NCBI GenBank assembly: GCA_049840815.1
Contig: JASGJI010000019.1
Location: 128,613-192,612 of the forward strand
Direction of reading: 5' to 3'
DNA: 64,000 nt
From: Thermomicrobiales bacterium
GTDB lineage: Bacteria; Chloroflexota; Chloroflexia; Thermomicrobiales; UBA6265
The translations under genes were made by a program, and so were the position numbers. This document shows positions 18,027 to 29,033 of this stretch, one piece after another. The notes beneath the pieces were generated by a model, which saw only the letters and a list, made by a program, of their open reading frames with translations, made no database searches and was not told the origin of the DNA. How positions within the stretch are numbered: position 1 is the stretch's first letter; each line of letters opens with the position of its first letter.

Positions 18027-20069
18027 CTACTCGGCGGTAACCGTACCCGCCATCCCGGCCTGCCGATGCCCAGGGACCGAGCAGTAGAAGTCGTAGCTGC
18101 CAGCCGGGAGGTTGACTGTGAACGTCGCCTGCTCGCCATTTTCCAGCAGGCCGGAGTTGATCGCGGGCTGGTCGATCACAAAGTCGTGCTGGATCGCGCC
18201 GGAGTTGACCAACGTGATGGCGACATCGGTGTCCGCCGGGATCGCGATCGCGCGCGTCCGATAGCCAAGATCGTACGCCTCGACCGTGATCGCCAAAACG
18301 CCGTCGTCATCGGCAACCGGCGTGGCGGCCTCCTGCGCGGTGACTCCGCTCTCTTCGGTCTCCGCCACGGGAGTGGATGCCGCAGCATCGGCCGCATCCG
18401 GCACGGTACCACCGCCGATGCCCAGCTTGAAGGCGACCAGCTCGGCGACCGGCTCCGGAACCTCGCCCTCCGGGAACTGCCCCGGCTTTACCATGAACGG
18501 ACCGCCTGCGCCAACGAGCAGCAGGTCGCCCGCGATCGAGACCGGAGCATTGATGCCACCGTGTAGCTGGAAGTTCCAGAGCTCGGTGCCATCCTCGGTC
18601 GAGTAGCCGCGTACGATACTGTTCCGGCAGAGATCACGACATCGTTGGCGACCGCTGCCGAACCAAGCGGAAGCGCTGGCGTGGTGTGCTGCCACAGCAC
18701 ATCACCGGTGTTCGCATCGAGGCAGAGGAACTCGCCGCTGGACTGGCTCTCGTCGATCCGGCTGAAGTCGAGTCCGGTCGAGTTATACCAGGTCGGCCAG
18801 TTGTTCACTGCAACGAACACGCGACCGTTGGAGACGGCGATGGGACATTGCACGGCCCCGTTGAAGCCCGGGAACACCTCGATGTACTCGTCGTCCGGCA
18901 ATTCCTCCAGCTCATCGTTCTGATGCTTCCCGACGAGCGTGTTCCAGATCAGGTTGCCGGTCTCGCGATTGACGGCGATGACATGCCCGTTCTTGCCGGA
19001 ACCGATGACTGCCGGAATCTCGCGGCCGTGCGACGTGATGCTCGTCACAACCGGCGTGTTCTGGTAGTCGAGGTCGAAGATATCGCGGGAGCGCGGCTGC
19101 TGATACCAGCGGACTGCTCCAGCCACCGGGTCGAATGCGACCAGCGAGTTGGTGTAGAGGTTGTTGCCCGGCCGGCTCCCGGAGTTGGGGTTGCCGGGGG
19201 TACCGGGGAACGGCCCGGGATTGCCGGTGCCGAAGTAAAGCTGGCCGGCATCGTCCACGGAGACCGCGTACCAGACGCCGCCGCCGGAATTCGCGCGGGA
19301 GTCGCCCCATAGGTCATCGGTGGTGGTGTCCCACTGCCACATGGTCGCTCCGCTACTGGCATCCAGCGCATAGAGAATGGCCCTTGGTACCGCCGGTGTA
19401 CCAGCCTGATGGCGTGCCCGGATTGCCAGGGACGGTGCTGACATACACCGTGCTGTCGTAGATGGTGGGCGCAATGGTGATGCTCTCGCCCGGATGATTG
19501 GTCAGCTGAACGCGCCAGACCAGCTCCCCGGTCTCGATGGCGACGGCAGCCACTTCGCCGGTGTTGCCGAGCGCACCGTAAACTTGCCCGTATCCGATGG
19601 CGAGTCCATTCGGCCCATGCGTGCCGACGTTGAAGTCGGTCTTCCAGATCTCTTCGCCGGTTTCGCGGTTCAGCGCGATGAAGTTGCTCTGCATGTCGTG
19701 CACGTAGATGACATCGCCCGCCACGATCGAGGTAGAGGTGATGGCGCCATAGCCGGACTTGCCTGTCAGGGTATAGCGCCAGGCCGGACCGAGCGTGTCG
19801 ACATTCGACGCATCAATGGTGGACCTGGCAGCGGCGCGCGTCGCTGCCAGGTTTCCGGCAGGCGTCGGCCAGTCAGCCGCAAACTCGGTGATTTCGGCGG
19901 GGATGGGATCACCCATCGAAACGGGCGTAGCCGGCACCATGATGCCCCCATCCTGGGCGACGGTCGAGCCGATCGTACTCACTCCAGCGATGGCCGTACC
20001 GGCCACAGCGGTTGTGGCTACGAAGGTACGACGGTTGACGCGTGTTCTGGACGACTCAGTCACAGGTAT
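18027..20069 (-). pseudogene. Tat-exported PQQ-type beta-propeller dehydrogenase with a C-terminal cupredoxin domain; two frameshifts (~19384 and ~18622), possibly assembly errors
   Basis: Three overlapping ORFs continue one protein: NRRTFV signal, propeller repeats, GGVW...GTGN, DIFDLD, then HDF...YCSVPGHRQAGM. Start taken at VTESSR, approximate. Confidence 0.75.
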
Positions 20070-20131
20070 GCCTCCCCGGCTGGTGCTCACCGCAATGTGA
20101 GCCGACGAACATGTCTTGCAATGCAGACTTT

Positions 20132-20190
20132 TTCAACACGTTGTTGAATACAACGAGCCTATCGATCCTGACCATGTTTGTCAACATGGT
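20132..20190. promoter_or_regulatory. Two palindromes, candidate TetR operators
   Basis: TTCAACA-CGT-TGTTGAA (20132-20148) and ACCATGTT-TGTC-AACATGGT (20171-20190) in the divergent promoter region. Confidence 0.6.
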
Positions 20191-20224
20191 TTTTCGCTAG
20201 ACTTCCCTCCTGATGGAGGCACCT

Positions 20225-20842
20225 ATGACATCGACCGATCCTCGTCCCGCTCGAACTCGCCAGCGACTCTTCGACGCTCTGTACCAACTTGCCGGAACCC
20301 ACGATCTGACCGAGCTTTCGATCAGCGAGATCGCCCGTACCGCAGGGGTCGATCGTGGCAGCTTCTACACGCAGTTTGCCGACAAGCAGACGTTTCTCGA
20401 CGCGGTCTGCGCGGAATTGTTCGTCGATTTCGACGAGATGCTCGAGAACCTCCGCGACGAATCGTGGTACCGGGATGAGATCGACATTGCAACCATTCCC
20501 AGCATCTACCCCATCGTGGCGAGACGCGCCGCGCTCTACCGCCAGCTTCTCGCTGGCGCGGGGCCGACCGCGTTTCGCAGCATGCTTCACCGACGGATGT
20601 GCGAAGCATTCATTGAACTCGCAGAATTGCACGGTGTCGCAACACCACATGCATTGCCCCCGCTTCCGATTCGCGCAGAATTTGCGTCTGCCGGTCTTCT
20701 CGCCCTGGTCTCCCGCTGGCTGGCAGATGAGCGTGAGGACGAGATCGACCAGTACACCTTCTGGGCATGGGAAATGTTGACACTGCTGGGGCAGCGCTCC
20801 CCAACGTTTCGGCCACTCGGCACCGGTTCCGCCAGGACATGA
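20225..20842 (+). CDS. TetR/AcrR family regulator
   Basis: LSISEIARTAGVDRGSFYTQFADK HTH. Confidence 0.92.
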   Translation: MTSTDPRPARTRQRLFDALYQLAGTHDLTELSISEIARTAGVDRGSFYTQFADKQTFLDAVCAELFVDFDEMLENLRDESWYRDEIDIATIPSIYPIVARRAALYRQLLAGAGPTAFRSMLHRRMCEAFIELAELHGVATPHALPPLPIRAEFASAGLLALVSRWLADEREDEIDQYTFWAWEMLTLLGQRSPTFRPLGTGSART

Positions 20843-20882
20843 CCGCGCCGCCGGGAGAACACTCCCCGGCGGCGCGGTCATG
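20838..20882. terminator. Bidirectional stem-loop
   Basis: 18-bp stem between convergent genes. Confidence 0.6.
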
Positions 20883-20906
20883 CGTGGATCGCGGTGTTCT
20901 TCTGGG

Positions 20907-23002
20907 TCAGGCGTTCGGGCGAACGCTGATCTCACCAGCCTCCAGCGCTCCGACCTCGACCACGAGCCCGGCCGCACCACCACGCAGCGGACGATCGTCG
21001 TCCGTCGCCTCCAGCGTGACGCCCGCGACCGTCCCACGCAGGGTATTCCCCTCGACGGTCAGCGTGAAGTCGTACTGCACATCGACCTCCCACGGGATAT
21101 CGGCCTCGGCGAGGACCGTGCGCTCATTGACACACTTCACGAGCTGCGCCTTGCCGCCCTCATGCAGCACCAGCGCGTAGTAGCGCCGCATGCCGCCAAT
21201 CCGCGCCGCAACGCCCGCCGAGGTCGCCAACGGGATGCTCGCGGTGGTGCTGATCGTATAGTCGGCCCAGTCTTCGGACCCCTGCGCGATCAGGCCGATG
21301 CCGCGATTCTGCACGATGTGGAATTCCGGCTTGAACCAGTCGTCCCAGGAATCGACGCCGTCGACCCACGCTTCCTTCCACTGGACCCCTGTCGCGTCCT
21401 TCCAGCGATTCCCCGCCCCGCTGCTCTTGCGGAAGGTCGTGTTCGGCGCGCCGGACCATGTCAGCCAGTCGAGTGCGACGGTATCGTCTGCCGCGCCGGT
21501 GACACGGATGCCGACCTGCTGGATCGGCTGATTCGGCAGGGCCGGCACGATCCAAGAGAGCGTCTCGTCACCACCCGGCGCGAGGGAGATGGTCGGCGCG
21601 GCGATCTCCTGTAGCGCATCGTGGTCGTCATAGGCACGAAGGACGAGTCCGACCGTGGCCGAAGCGCCGTTGGTGGCCGGAGCGATGACATGCGCCGTGA
21701 TCGTCTGTCCCGGATGCAGCGTCGGGGACGCGATGAGGCGGTAGCCCCGCGCTCGGAAGACCGAGGTCTCCTCCGGTGCGAAGGTTGGCGTCATCACGGT
21801 CGCACGATCTCCAGCGAGGGTGATGGCCAGTTGTCCGTCCGTATTGACGAGCAGCGTGTCCGGCTCGTCCGCCGTGAATCCCTGTGTCGAGCTGGGCAGG
21901 GTGAAGTGGAAGCGCGAGCCATCCTTCGGGACGATCGCCTCCTGACCCGTCAAGGCACGCGCGGCGTTCACGAGGCGGTACGTCTCGCGGACGGCATCGG
22001 AGATGCCGCGTCCCCCTCGGCGGTAGAGAGGTAGAGCTTGTCCGCCACCGGATCGCGCAGATCCGGGACCTCGGTGAAGGCGGCGAGGCCATCGCGGATA
22101 CCCAGGATCGTGCCGACATTTCCGGCGTTGCAGTCGGTATCCCAGCCACCCGTGTTGACGATCATCTGAGACCGCCGGAAGTCGCCGTTGCCATGCAGGA
22201 GCGCCATGATGATGAGCGCGTGATTCGGCACCATGTGGCAGTTACCGGGGAAGAGTTCGTAGTTGTAGTGCTGCTCGATCTTCGCGCGGGTGGCGTACCA
22301 GTCGTCGTTCGCCGCGTGCCAGCTACGAACGTCGTGGATGAGGCGGGCGATGGTCGAATCGGCGGGGATGACGCCGAGCGCCGTGTCCAGCAGCGCGTTC
22401 ATGTCGTGCTCGACAAACGCCTGCGCCTCCAGCGCCGCGATCACCTGTGCGCCGTAGATCGCCTCGCCATCGTGGGAGACGCTGCCAGCCCGGCGTGCCC
22501 AGTCGGCGGCCTTCTCCGGATCGCCAGGGAAGAGCATCGCCCAGCCATCAATAAAGATTTGCGCCCCGATCTGCTCGGCGATGGTGGTGCCATTCAACGC
22601 GATCGACCCCGACTCCGGGGCGCGGATGCCCTCCTGCAGACGCAGGAAGGCGGTGTGCTCGGTGGAGACGCCCATCCCACCCCACCAGAGGACGGTACGC
22701 TGGTCGATCAGGTAGTTCAGCCAGCCGTCGCCGATCTGGGCAGGCGTGAGGTCCGGGGCGAACCCGTTGTCCTCCAGCGCGCGCGGGAAGGTGAAGGTGC
22801 CGGCGATGTCGTCGTCGGTGACGATCAGCGGCATGTTGAAGCGCTCATGCACGTAGCGATCGACCTCGCCGAGTTCCGCGAGGATCGTCTCGTGCGTCCA
22901 GCCCTCGAACGGGCGCCCGAGATAGACGCCGATGATCTTGCCGAGCACGCCGGCGTAGACGCGTTCCAGATAGTCAGTCGAGGTGATGTCGTAGGCGCTC
23001 AA
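20907..23002 (-). pseudogene. ADP-ribosylglycohydrolase family protein with a C-terminal beta domain; one-base frameshift in a G run (~22014), probably an assembly error
   Basis: VTDDDI and GWDTDCNAGN motifs. Adding one G gives EGGRGISDAVRETYRLVNAAR, joining the two ORFs. Confidence 0.8.
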
Positions 23003-23137
23003 GGTTTCCCCCGTTGGTGATGCGTATGGGTCAGGTGGAACTCGCGTGTGGTGGAGAGCGGGCCGACATGGATGTCCGCAGCGCGACAGGCCCCGTTGGT
23101 ATCATGCGCGGCGTTCGCCGAGATCCGACGTGGCGTG

Positions 23138-24013
23138 TTATCCCTTCAGGCCGCCCTGGGTCATCCCCTCCACGAAACGGCGTTGGAGTGCCAGGAAGAT
23201 CACGATGATCGGCACGATCATCATCATGGCCGCCGCGCTGGTGAGTCCCCAATCACGGCTGAAGCGGGACGTGAAGTTGTAGTAGCTCGTGACGACGGTG
23301 AACTTGTCCTGGTCGGTGAGGAAGACCGTGGCGAGCAGGAACTCGTTCCAGACACCGAGCGCGACGACGAGTCCGACCGTGAGGAATCCCGGCCAGGAAA
23401 GCGGCACGATGATCTGCGTGAAGATTCGCCACTCGTTCGCGCCATCCACGCGGGCCGCATCCTCGAAATCGGCCGGCAACTGCACCATGTAGGAACGCAG
23501 CAGGAAGATCGCAAGCGGCGCATTGGTGGCGGTGTAGATGATCGCCAGCCCCGGTAGGCTGTTCACCAGTCCCAATTTCTGCCACAGGAAGAAGAGCGGC
23601 ACCAGGAAGAGCTGGATCGGGAGCGAGGAGCCGATGAGCAGGTAAAGCGTGACGAGGTTCGCGCCTGGCAGGTTCAGCTTCGCGAGGCTGTATGCGGCCA
23701 TCCCGCCGAGCAGCAATACAGCCAGGACGGTGAGGACAACAAGGATGCCGCTGTTCTGCACGGTCGTGGAAAAATTGCCCACCCTCCACGCCTCGGGATA
23801 GTTGCTCCAGAGGAAGGTGGTGGGAATGCCGAGCGGGTTCTTGCCGATCTCTGCCTTGCCCTTCACCGAATTGAACGCCAGGATCACCAGCGGGCCGAGC
23901 GCGAAGATGGCCAGCAGGATCAGCACAACGTAGTTCGGCACGAGCGCCCCCCGGGATCGGGTCCGGCGGTCGTGCCCGCCAGATTGCGGCGTAGCTGGTG
24001 TGGTGAATGCCAT
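23138..24013 (-). CDS. Carbohydrate ABC permease (MalG-like)
   Basis: EDAARVDGA EAA loop. Confidence 0.92.
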   Translation of the reverse strand: MAFTTPATPQSGGHDRRTRSRGALVPNYVVLILLAIFALGPLVILAFNSVKGKAEIGKNPLGIPTTFLWSNYPEAWRVGNFSTTVQNSGILVVLTVLAVLLLGGMAAYSLAKLNLPGANLVTLYLLIGSSLPIQLFLVPLFFLWQKLGLVNSLPGLAIIYTATNAPLAIFLLRSYMVQLPADFEDAARVDGANEWRIFTQIIVPLSWPGFLTVGLVVALGVWNEFLLATVFLTDQDKFTVVTSYYNFTSRFSRDWGLTSAAAMMMIVPIIVIFLALQRRFVEGMTQGGLKG

Positions 24014-24973
24014 CTAGATCTCCCAGCCCCGCTTGCGCAGGACGATGAAGATCGCGATCACGATCCCCACAAAGAAGCTCATGCTCAGACCAATCGCGCT
24101 GGCATAGCCTGCCTCCAGGTTCATGAAGGCATTCTTGAAGACCAGCACGGCCAGAACTTCCGACGATCCTGCCGGTCCACCCTGGGTCAGCATCCAGATG
24201 TAGTCGAAGGTCAGGAATGACCAGATGCTCGTCATCAGGATCATGAAGACCAGCGTCGGCCGGATGCCGGGGATGGTGATGTCCCGGAACTCCTGCCAGC
24301 GGGAAGCGCCGTCGAGCCGCGCCGCCTCGTACAACTCCGGCCCGATGTTCTGCATCGATGCGAGGAAGAGCACCATCAGGAATCCCCAGAAATGCCAGTT
24401 GTCCACGAAGGCGATCGTTGGCAGCACGGTGCTCTTGTCACCCAGCAGCGCTCGGTCGAATCCAGGGACACCCCATTCGGTGAGCGTCGCAGGTATGCCG
24501 CGATCGGGGTTCAGCAATGAACGCCAGATCGCCGCGACCACCACACTCGGCAGGACATAGGGGAGGAAGAGCGTCATCCGGAAGAAGAGCGATCCCCTCC
24601 TGACCTGCGACAGAAGACTTGCCGCCACAAGCGCGAGGGCGATCGGCACGGTGAGGAACATCACAAGCCAGATCAGATTGTTCCGAAACGCACGGGTGAA
24701 CGATGGATCGTTCACGAGCTGCCGATAGTTGTCGAGTCCGGTGAACGTCGCGGGACCGATTCCCGTCCACTCAGTCATCGAGTAGTAGATGGCCGAGAGC
24801 GCCGGGGCAAGCACGACTCCGACATTGATGAGCAGGATCGGCAGCACGAAAAGCCACGGCACGATCTTGCGTCGCCAGGTGGCGCGCTCCCAGAACCGCA
24901 GCTCGGGTTCCGCGTAGGAAGTCACCGCTCCCCGTGCCGGATTGGTCGATGTGGGAGGAAACGTCTGGACCAC
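24014..24973 (-). CDS. Carbohydrate ABC permease (MalF-like)
   Basis: LYEAARLDGAS EAA loop. Confidence 0.92.
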   Translation of the reverse strand: MVQTFPPTSTNPARGAVTSYAEPELRFWERATWRRKIVPWLFVLPILLINVGVVLAPALSAIYYSMTEWTGIGPATFTGLDNYRQLVNDPSFTRAFRNNLIWLVMFLTVPIALALVAASLLSQVRRGSLFFRMTLFLPYVLPSVVVAAIWRSLLNPDRGIPATLTEWGVPGFDRALLGDKSTVLPTIAFVDNWHFWGFLMVLFLASMQNIGPELYEAARLDGASRWQEFRDITIPGIRPTLVFMILMTSIWSFLTFDYIWMLTQGGPAGSSEVLAVLVFKNAFMNLEAGYASAIGLSMSFFVGIVIAIFIVLRKRGWEI

Positions 24974-25047
24974 GTGAATCTGCCTCTGCGTTCCGGGATT
25001 GAGCAGCCGGAGCGAGTGCCTGTTGCCCTCGCTCCGGCAGGAATGCG

Positions 25048-26409
25048 TTATGCCGGCCGGGCCGGGATCGGCGGAACGTCACCGGCCGCAAGCTCCGCGG
25101 CAAAGATGTCGTTCAGCTGAGACAGGAAGTCCTCCACCGTCAGGTCACCGGCCCAGACGTTCTCGATCTTCTCGATGATGAACGTCTCACTCTTGGGCGG
25201 GAAGAACGTCCAGGTGGTATAGCCGTAGCCACCTCCGGAAGACGCGGTGTTCAGCTGCTCGATCATGCGGGCTTGACGCGGGTCGATGCCGGTCAGGAGG
25301 TCAGCCGGGATCTCGATCGGGGCGGGCGCAAGGCCGACACCTGCGATCATCTTGGCCTGTGCCTCGGCGGAGAAGAAGTAGTCGAGGAAGTCAGCGGAGC
25401 CGTCGGCATCCTTAGTCTTGGCGTTGATGCTGTATGTTGACCCGATGCCCAGGTCGAAGATTGCCTCCCCCGACGCCGACGGCATGGTCACCCAATCCCA
25501 TTCCTGGCCGGACTCCTCGAAGAAGATGTTGGCGTTATTGACGAGCCAGCTCCCTTCGATCTTCATCGCGGCCTCACCATATGCCCAGGCCGAGTTCGCA
25601 TCGGCGACCGGCGTGGTGTAGTAGCGGTCGAGTCCTCCCATGAACCAGCCATTCTGCTGAATGGTGTCCAGTGGCGTGAGCGCATCCACGAAGACCTGGT
25701 CGGTCCACGGAAGCTTGCCGGTCAGTGCCTTGTAGACTTTGTCCGGACCGGCGCTATGATTCAGGAACTCGGTAACGAACCACTCGTTGGTGCCCTTCCA
25801 TTCGGCATTGGTGGCAGCGAACGGCGTGATGCCAGCGTCGGCGATCGTCTGCGCCAGCGTCATCATCTCGTCGATGGTGGTGGGCGGGGTCCAGCCCTTA
25901 TCGGTGAAGAGTGTCTTGTTGTAGTAGAGGACCAGCGTCTCGACTTCTGCGGGCAAGGCAACCAGCTTGCCCTCCACCTTCCCGAGGTCGATCGCCCATG
26001 GCGAGAACCGCTCGCTCCAGCCCTTCGCTTCCGCATAAGCGTCCATCGCAAGGACCTGCCCAGCCTTGCCCAGTTCCATCGACAGCGACGGTCCTGGCGT
26101 CACGACGATATCCGGCCCAGCGCCGCCGGCGAGGGCGGTCTGGGTAGCGGTCCAGCCGTTGGCCTGCATGGTGGCCTCGACCTGGACTCCGCCCTTGTCG
26201 TTGAAATCCTTGATCGTGTTGTCGATCAGCCACTGAGCGGTGTCGGAACCGCCGGTGGTGTCGAGCCAGAGCGAAATCTTGCCGGCATTCTGCGCAGCGG
26301 CGGTCTGGCCGCCCACGATGCTGATGCCAGTAACCGTCGCCCCGGCGGCGGCAAGCTGGGCGAAGAGACGGCGACTGAGCGGTGAACGGCGGAACTCATC
26401 GAGATTCAT
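25048..26409 (-). CDS. Sugar ABC substrate-binding protein, Tat signal
   Basis: LSRRLF signal, LYYNKTLF, MKIEGSW. Confidence 0.88.
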   Translation of the reverse strand: MNLDEFRRSPLSRRLFAQLAAAGATVTGISIVGGQTAAAQNAGKISLWLDTTGGSDTAQWLIDNTIKDFNDKGGVQVEATMQANGWTATQTALAGGAGPDIVVTPGPSLSMELGKAGQVLAMDAYAEAKGWSERFSPWAIDLGKVEGKLVALPAEVETLVLYYNKTLFTDKGWTPPTTIDEMMTLAQTIADAGITPFAATNAEWKGTNEWFVTEFLNHSAGPDKVYKALTGKLPWTDQVFVDALTPLDTIQQNGWFMGGLDRYYTTPVADANSAWAYGEAAMKIEGSWLVNNANIFFEESGQEWDWVTMPSASGEAIFDLGIGSTYSINAKTKDADGSADFLDYFFSAEAQAKMIAGVGLAPAPIEIPADLLTGIDPRQARMIEQLNTASSGGGYGYTTWTFFPPKSETFIIEKIENVWAGDLTVEDFLSQLNDIFAAELAAGDVPPIPARPA

Positions 26410-26624
26410 CGGGCACTCCAGGGCAATAGATACGTATCGGTTGGACACAGTCAGCGCAGCAAGCTGGAACGGTTGCTGGATCTCCTTTCCGAATGAGCGC
26501 GAATGGACCACCGTTCAATGGCGCAACGAAATGCGGAGCAGCACATACCCAGAATGCGTTGATGCGTGGAGGGCATCGTATGGCGTCACCAACAGAAGCG
26601 CAATCCCTGCCGTCAGATCAGACA

Positions 26625-26678
26625 GCAACAAACCGAGTGGAAACATTCCCGATGGGACGTTTCCACTCGGTTTGTTGC
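26625..26678. terminator. Long perfect hairpin (20-bp stem)
   Basis: GCAACAAACCGAGTGGAAAC / GTTTCCACTCGGTTTGTTGC. Confidence 0.5.
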
Positions 26679-26709
26679 GCGAAGCTGGACGAAGATCAGG
26701 ACACGCCGA

Positions 26710-28398
26710 TCAGAAGCTGAAGTCGGGACTGAACTGCCCCGTGTTGCTCCACGGAATCACGTACTCGGAGTAGATCACGAGGTTCAGGACCAGCAGCCCG
26801 ACGAAGATCGCCACCTGCACCCATGGCAGCCATTTCGGCGGGAACCACGAGCGGATGCCCAGCATCATCAGGATCGCACCCGCCGTGATCGCCGGGAAGA
26901 AATACCGCGCCTGCGTCAGGGCGAAGGTCAGCCCGAACTGCAGGATCGCGAAGTAGGCCAGCAAGCAGGAAAGCCCCAGCATCACCAGCGCGACCACCTG
27001 CCACCGCTCGATCCCGAGTGTGCCGTCTGCCTTCGCGGCGATCGCGGCGGCCTCCTCATCCGTCTCGGCGGCGAGGATCGGCTGTTGCGCCCTCCAGAAG
27101 CGGATCGCGTAGATGCCGAGGCCAATCACCCCGAACACGGCGATCCAGAAGAGCACACGCAAGAGCGTCTCACTGAGCGGAATCATCCGCCAGCCGAAAT
27201 CACCCCAGGTCTCGCCCCACCGCGCCCAGAAGAAACGCCGGCTGGAGAGCTGGCTCCAGATCGTCGGCTTCTGCCCGTCGGTGTAGTTCCACCATTGCAG
27301 TTCGCGGATTTGGGGCAGGGCCGTGAAGTTGCCGTAGGTGGTCCACATGAAGAGATACCACGGCCAGACCAGCAGACCGGCGGTGATCGCGGCCAATGCA
27401 CCCTTCGGAATCCACTGCTTCCAGTTCTTCCAGCCCAGCCCGGCGATCATGGCAAAGGCGATGATCGCCCCCGCCGTCGCCGAGGTGTTCTTGGAGAGCA
27501 TGGCCAGCCCGTAGAGGAAGCCGATCAACAGCACATTCCAGATCGGGAACTTCTTCTTCAAGCCCAGGATCACCAGCCACACCACACCGCTGGTGAAGGC
27601 AATGGCGAGGATGTCGTTGTTCAGCATCGCGGACTCATAGGAAATCTGCGGCTGGAACGCGACGAAGGCAGGAACGGTGAACGCCAGGAAACGATCGGTC
27701 GGAAAGAGCGTGCGCACCGCGAGGTAGGAGAACAGCACGGTCAGCATCCCGAACGGGATCACCGCCAGGCGCAGCAGATAGAGCTGATTGGTAAGCGACC
27801 ACCCATCCGACAGCCAGTAGAGCGGCGTCATCACGATGTAGTAGAGCGGCGGGTGGTTGGCCGTGTAGATCCAGCCGTTTGGACCCACCTGATAGTCGGG
27901 CGGCAGGTTCTGCAGGTAACACGGATCGTCGCATTGCGGCAGACTGCAGAAGTTCCAGTCTCGGGTCACGAACTGGCAATACGGCCAGAGCTTGGCGGGC
28001 ATGCGGTCCGCCGTGTCGGTGCCGTCCGCCTTGTACGCCGCCTGCCATTCTTTGAGGTCCGGAATAATGGGCATCCGGTGCTCAGTCGCGACGATTTCGA
28101 GATAGCTGTAGTGCGCGACCTCGTCGTGCCCGGAGAAGGGGACGTGGATGAACGATATCGTGATGCCCTTCGCCAGAAATACCAGCAGCAGGATCGCGAT
28201 GAACTTCTTCTCGACACTGGCGGCCAGCACCGCCGCCGCCATGCGTGCAAACACATTCGGACGTGACACGGTCGCAGGCGCCAGCCCAGGCACCGCCGCG
28301 CCAACCATCGTCGCCTGGCGCGAACTGGAGTCTGGTGATGCCGTGGTGGTCGATGCGTGAATCCCGGTCGACGGGTGGAGGCTGCCGTGTCCCTGCAT
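26710..28398 (-). CDS. Polytopic GT-C fold glycosyltransferase-like protein (DUF2142/GT39-like); start uncertain
   Basis: GHDEVAHYSY loop after TM1, NHPPLYY, LNNDILA, QARYFFP, many TM segments. Confidence 0.75.
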   Translation of the reverse strand: MQGHGSLHPSTGIHASTTTASPDSSSRQATMVGAAVPGLAPATVSRPNVFARMAAAVLAASVEKKFIAILLLVFLAKGITISFIHVPFSGHDEVAHYSYLEIVATEHRMPIIPDLKEWQAAYKADGTDTADRMPAKLWPYCQFVTRDWNFCSLPQCDDPCYLQNLPPDYQVGPNGWIYTANHPPLYYIVMTPLYWLSDGWSLTNQLYLLRLAVIPFGMLTVLFSYLAVRTLFPTDRFLAFTVPAFVAFQPQISYESAMLNNDILAIAFTSGVVWLVILGLKKKFPIWNVLLIGFLYGLAMLSKNTSATAGAIIAFAMIAGLGWKNWKQWIPKGALAAITAGLLVWPWYLFMWTTYGNFTALPQIRELQWWNYTDGQKPTIWSQLSSRRFFWARWGETWGDFGWRMIPLSETLLRVLFWIAVFGVIGLGIYAIRFWRAQQPILAAETDEEAAAIAAKADGTLGIERWQVVALVMLGLSCLLAYFAILQFGLTFALTQARYFFPAITAGAILMMLGIRSWFPPKWLPWVQVAIFVGLLVLNLVIYSEYVIPWSNTGQFSPDFSF

Positions 28399-28565
28399 GC
28401 GCCGATCTCGCTCCCGTGATCTCCAACAGTCCCCGACGTGGACGGCACGACGGGTCGCTGGAGTCCCATACCCGCCGGACTCCCCAAATCGTGGGGACGA
28501 TACCGCACCGGCCATCGTTCTGGCTACCCCGGCGTGCAGATCGCGCATGCCGGGGTAGCGCAGGC

Positions 28566-29033
28566 TCAGTCCTTCGGACGACCCGATTTCGCGAATGCGA
28601 GATGCAGCCAGTCGCGAATCTCGTCGGTGAGGCCCATCTCCGCCAGCGCATCCCGCGAGATCCATTCCGCGCCGTGCTCCAGCATCGGAAGATCCTGGGG
28701 ATCGCCCTCTGGCACCGCGAAATAGACCAGGTCGATGTGCTGATGACCGGGGGAAATGTCCTCCAGCTGGATGCCCTGAGGCCGGATCAATTGGCGTGGC
28801 TGTCCGGGATAGTCGATGGGCAGCCCGCGGTCGCCCAGCAGCCGAATGCGCAAGCCCGTCTCCTCCCACACTTCGCGCAGGGCGGCCTCATCGGGCAGCT
28901 CGTTCGGCTCGATGTGCCCACCGGGAGGCAGCCAGCGCGCCAGCTTGCGATGCCAGTGCATCACAACGTGATCGCGGCAGATCACGAAGACGGCCACCGT
29001 GAAATCGCGGGTGATCGCGGCCTGCTCGCTCAT
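28566..29033 (-). CDS. NUDIX hydrolase
   Basis: GGHIEPNELPDEAALREVWEETGL Nudix box. Confidence 0.93.
   Translation of the reverse strand: MSEQAAITRDFTVAVFVICRDHVVMHWHRKLARWLPPGGHIEPNELPDEAALREVWEETGLRIRLLGDRGLPIDYPGQPRQLIRPQGIQLEDISPGHQHIDLVYFAVPEGDPQDLPMLEHGAEWISRDALAEMGLTDEIRDWLHLAFAKSGRPKD

Noticed and set aside
19040-19100. Calling the PQQ protein lanthanide-dependent
   Set aside because: DxD also occurs in Ca/Mg-dependent glucose-type PQQ enzymes, and the other XoxF/PedH signatures are absent.
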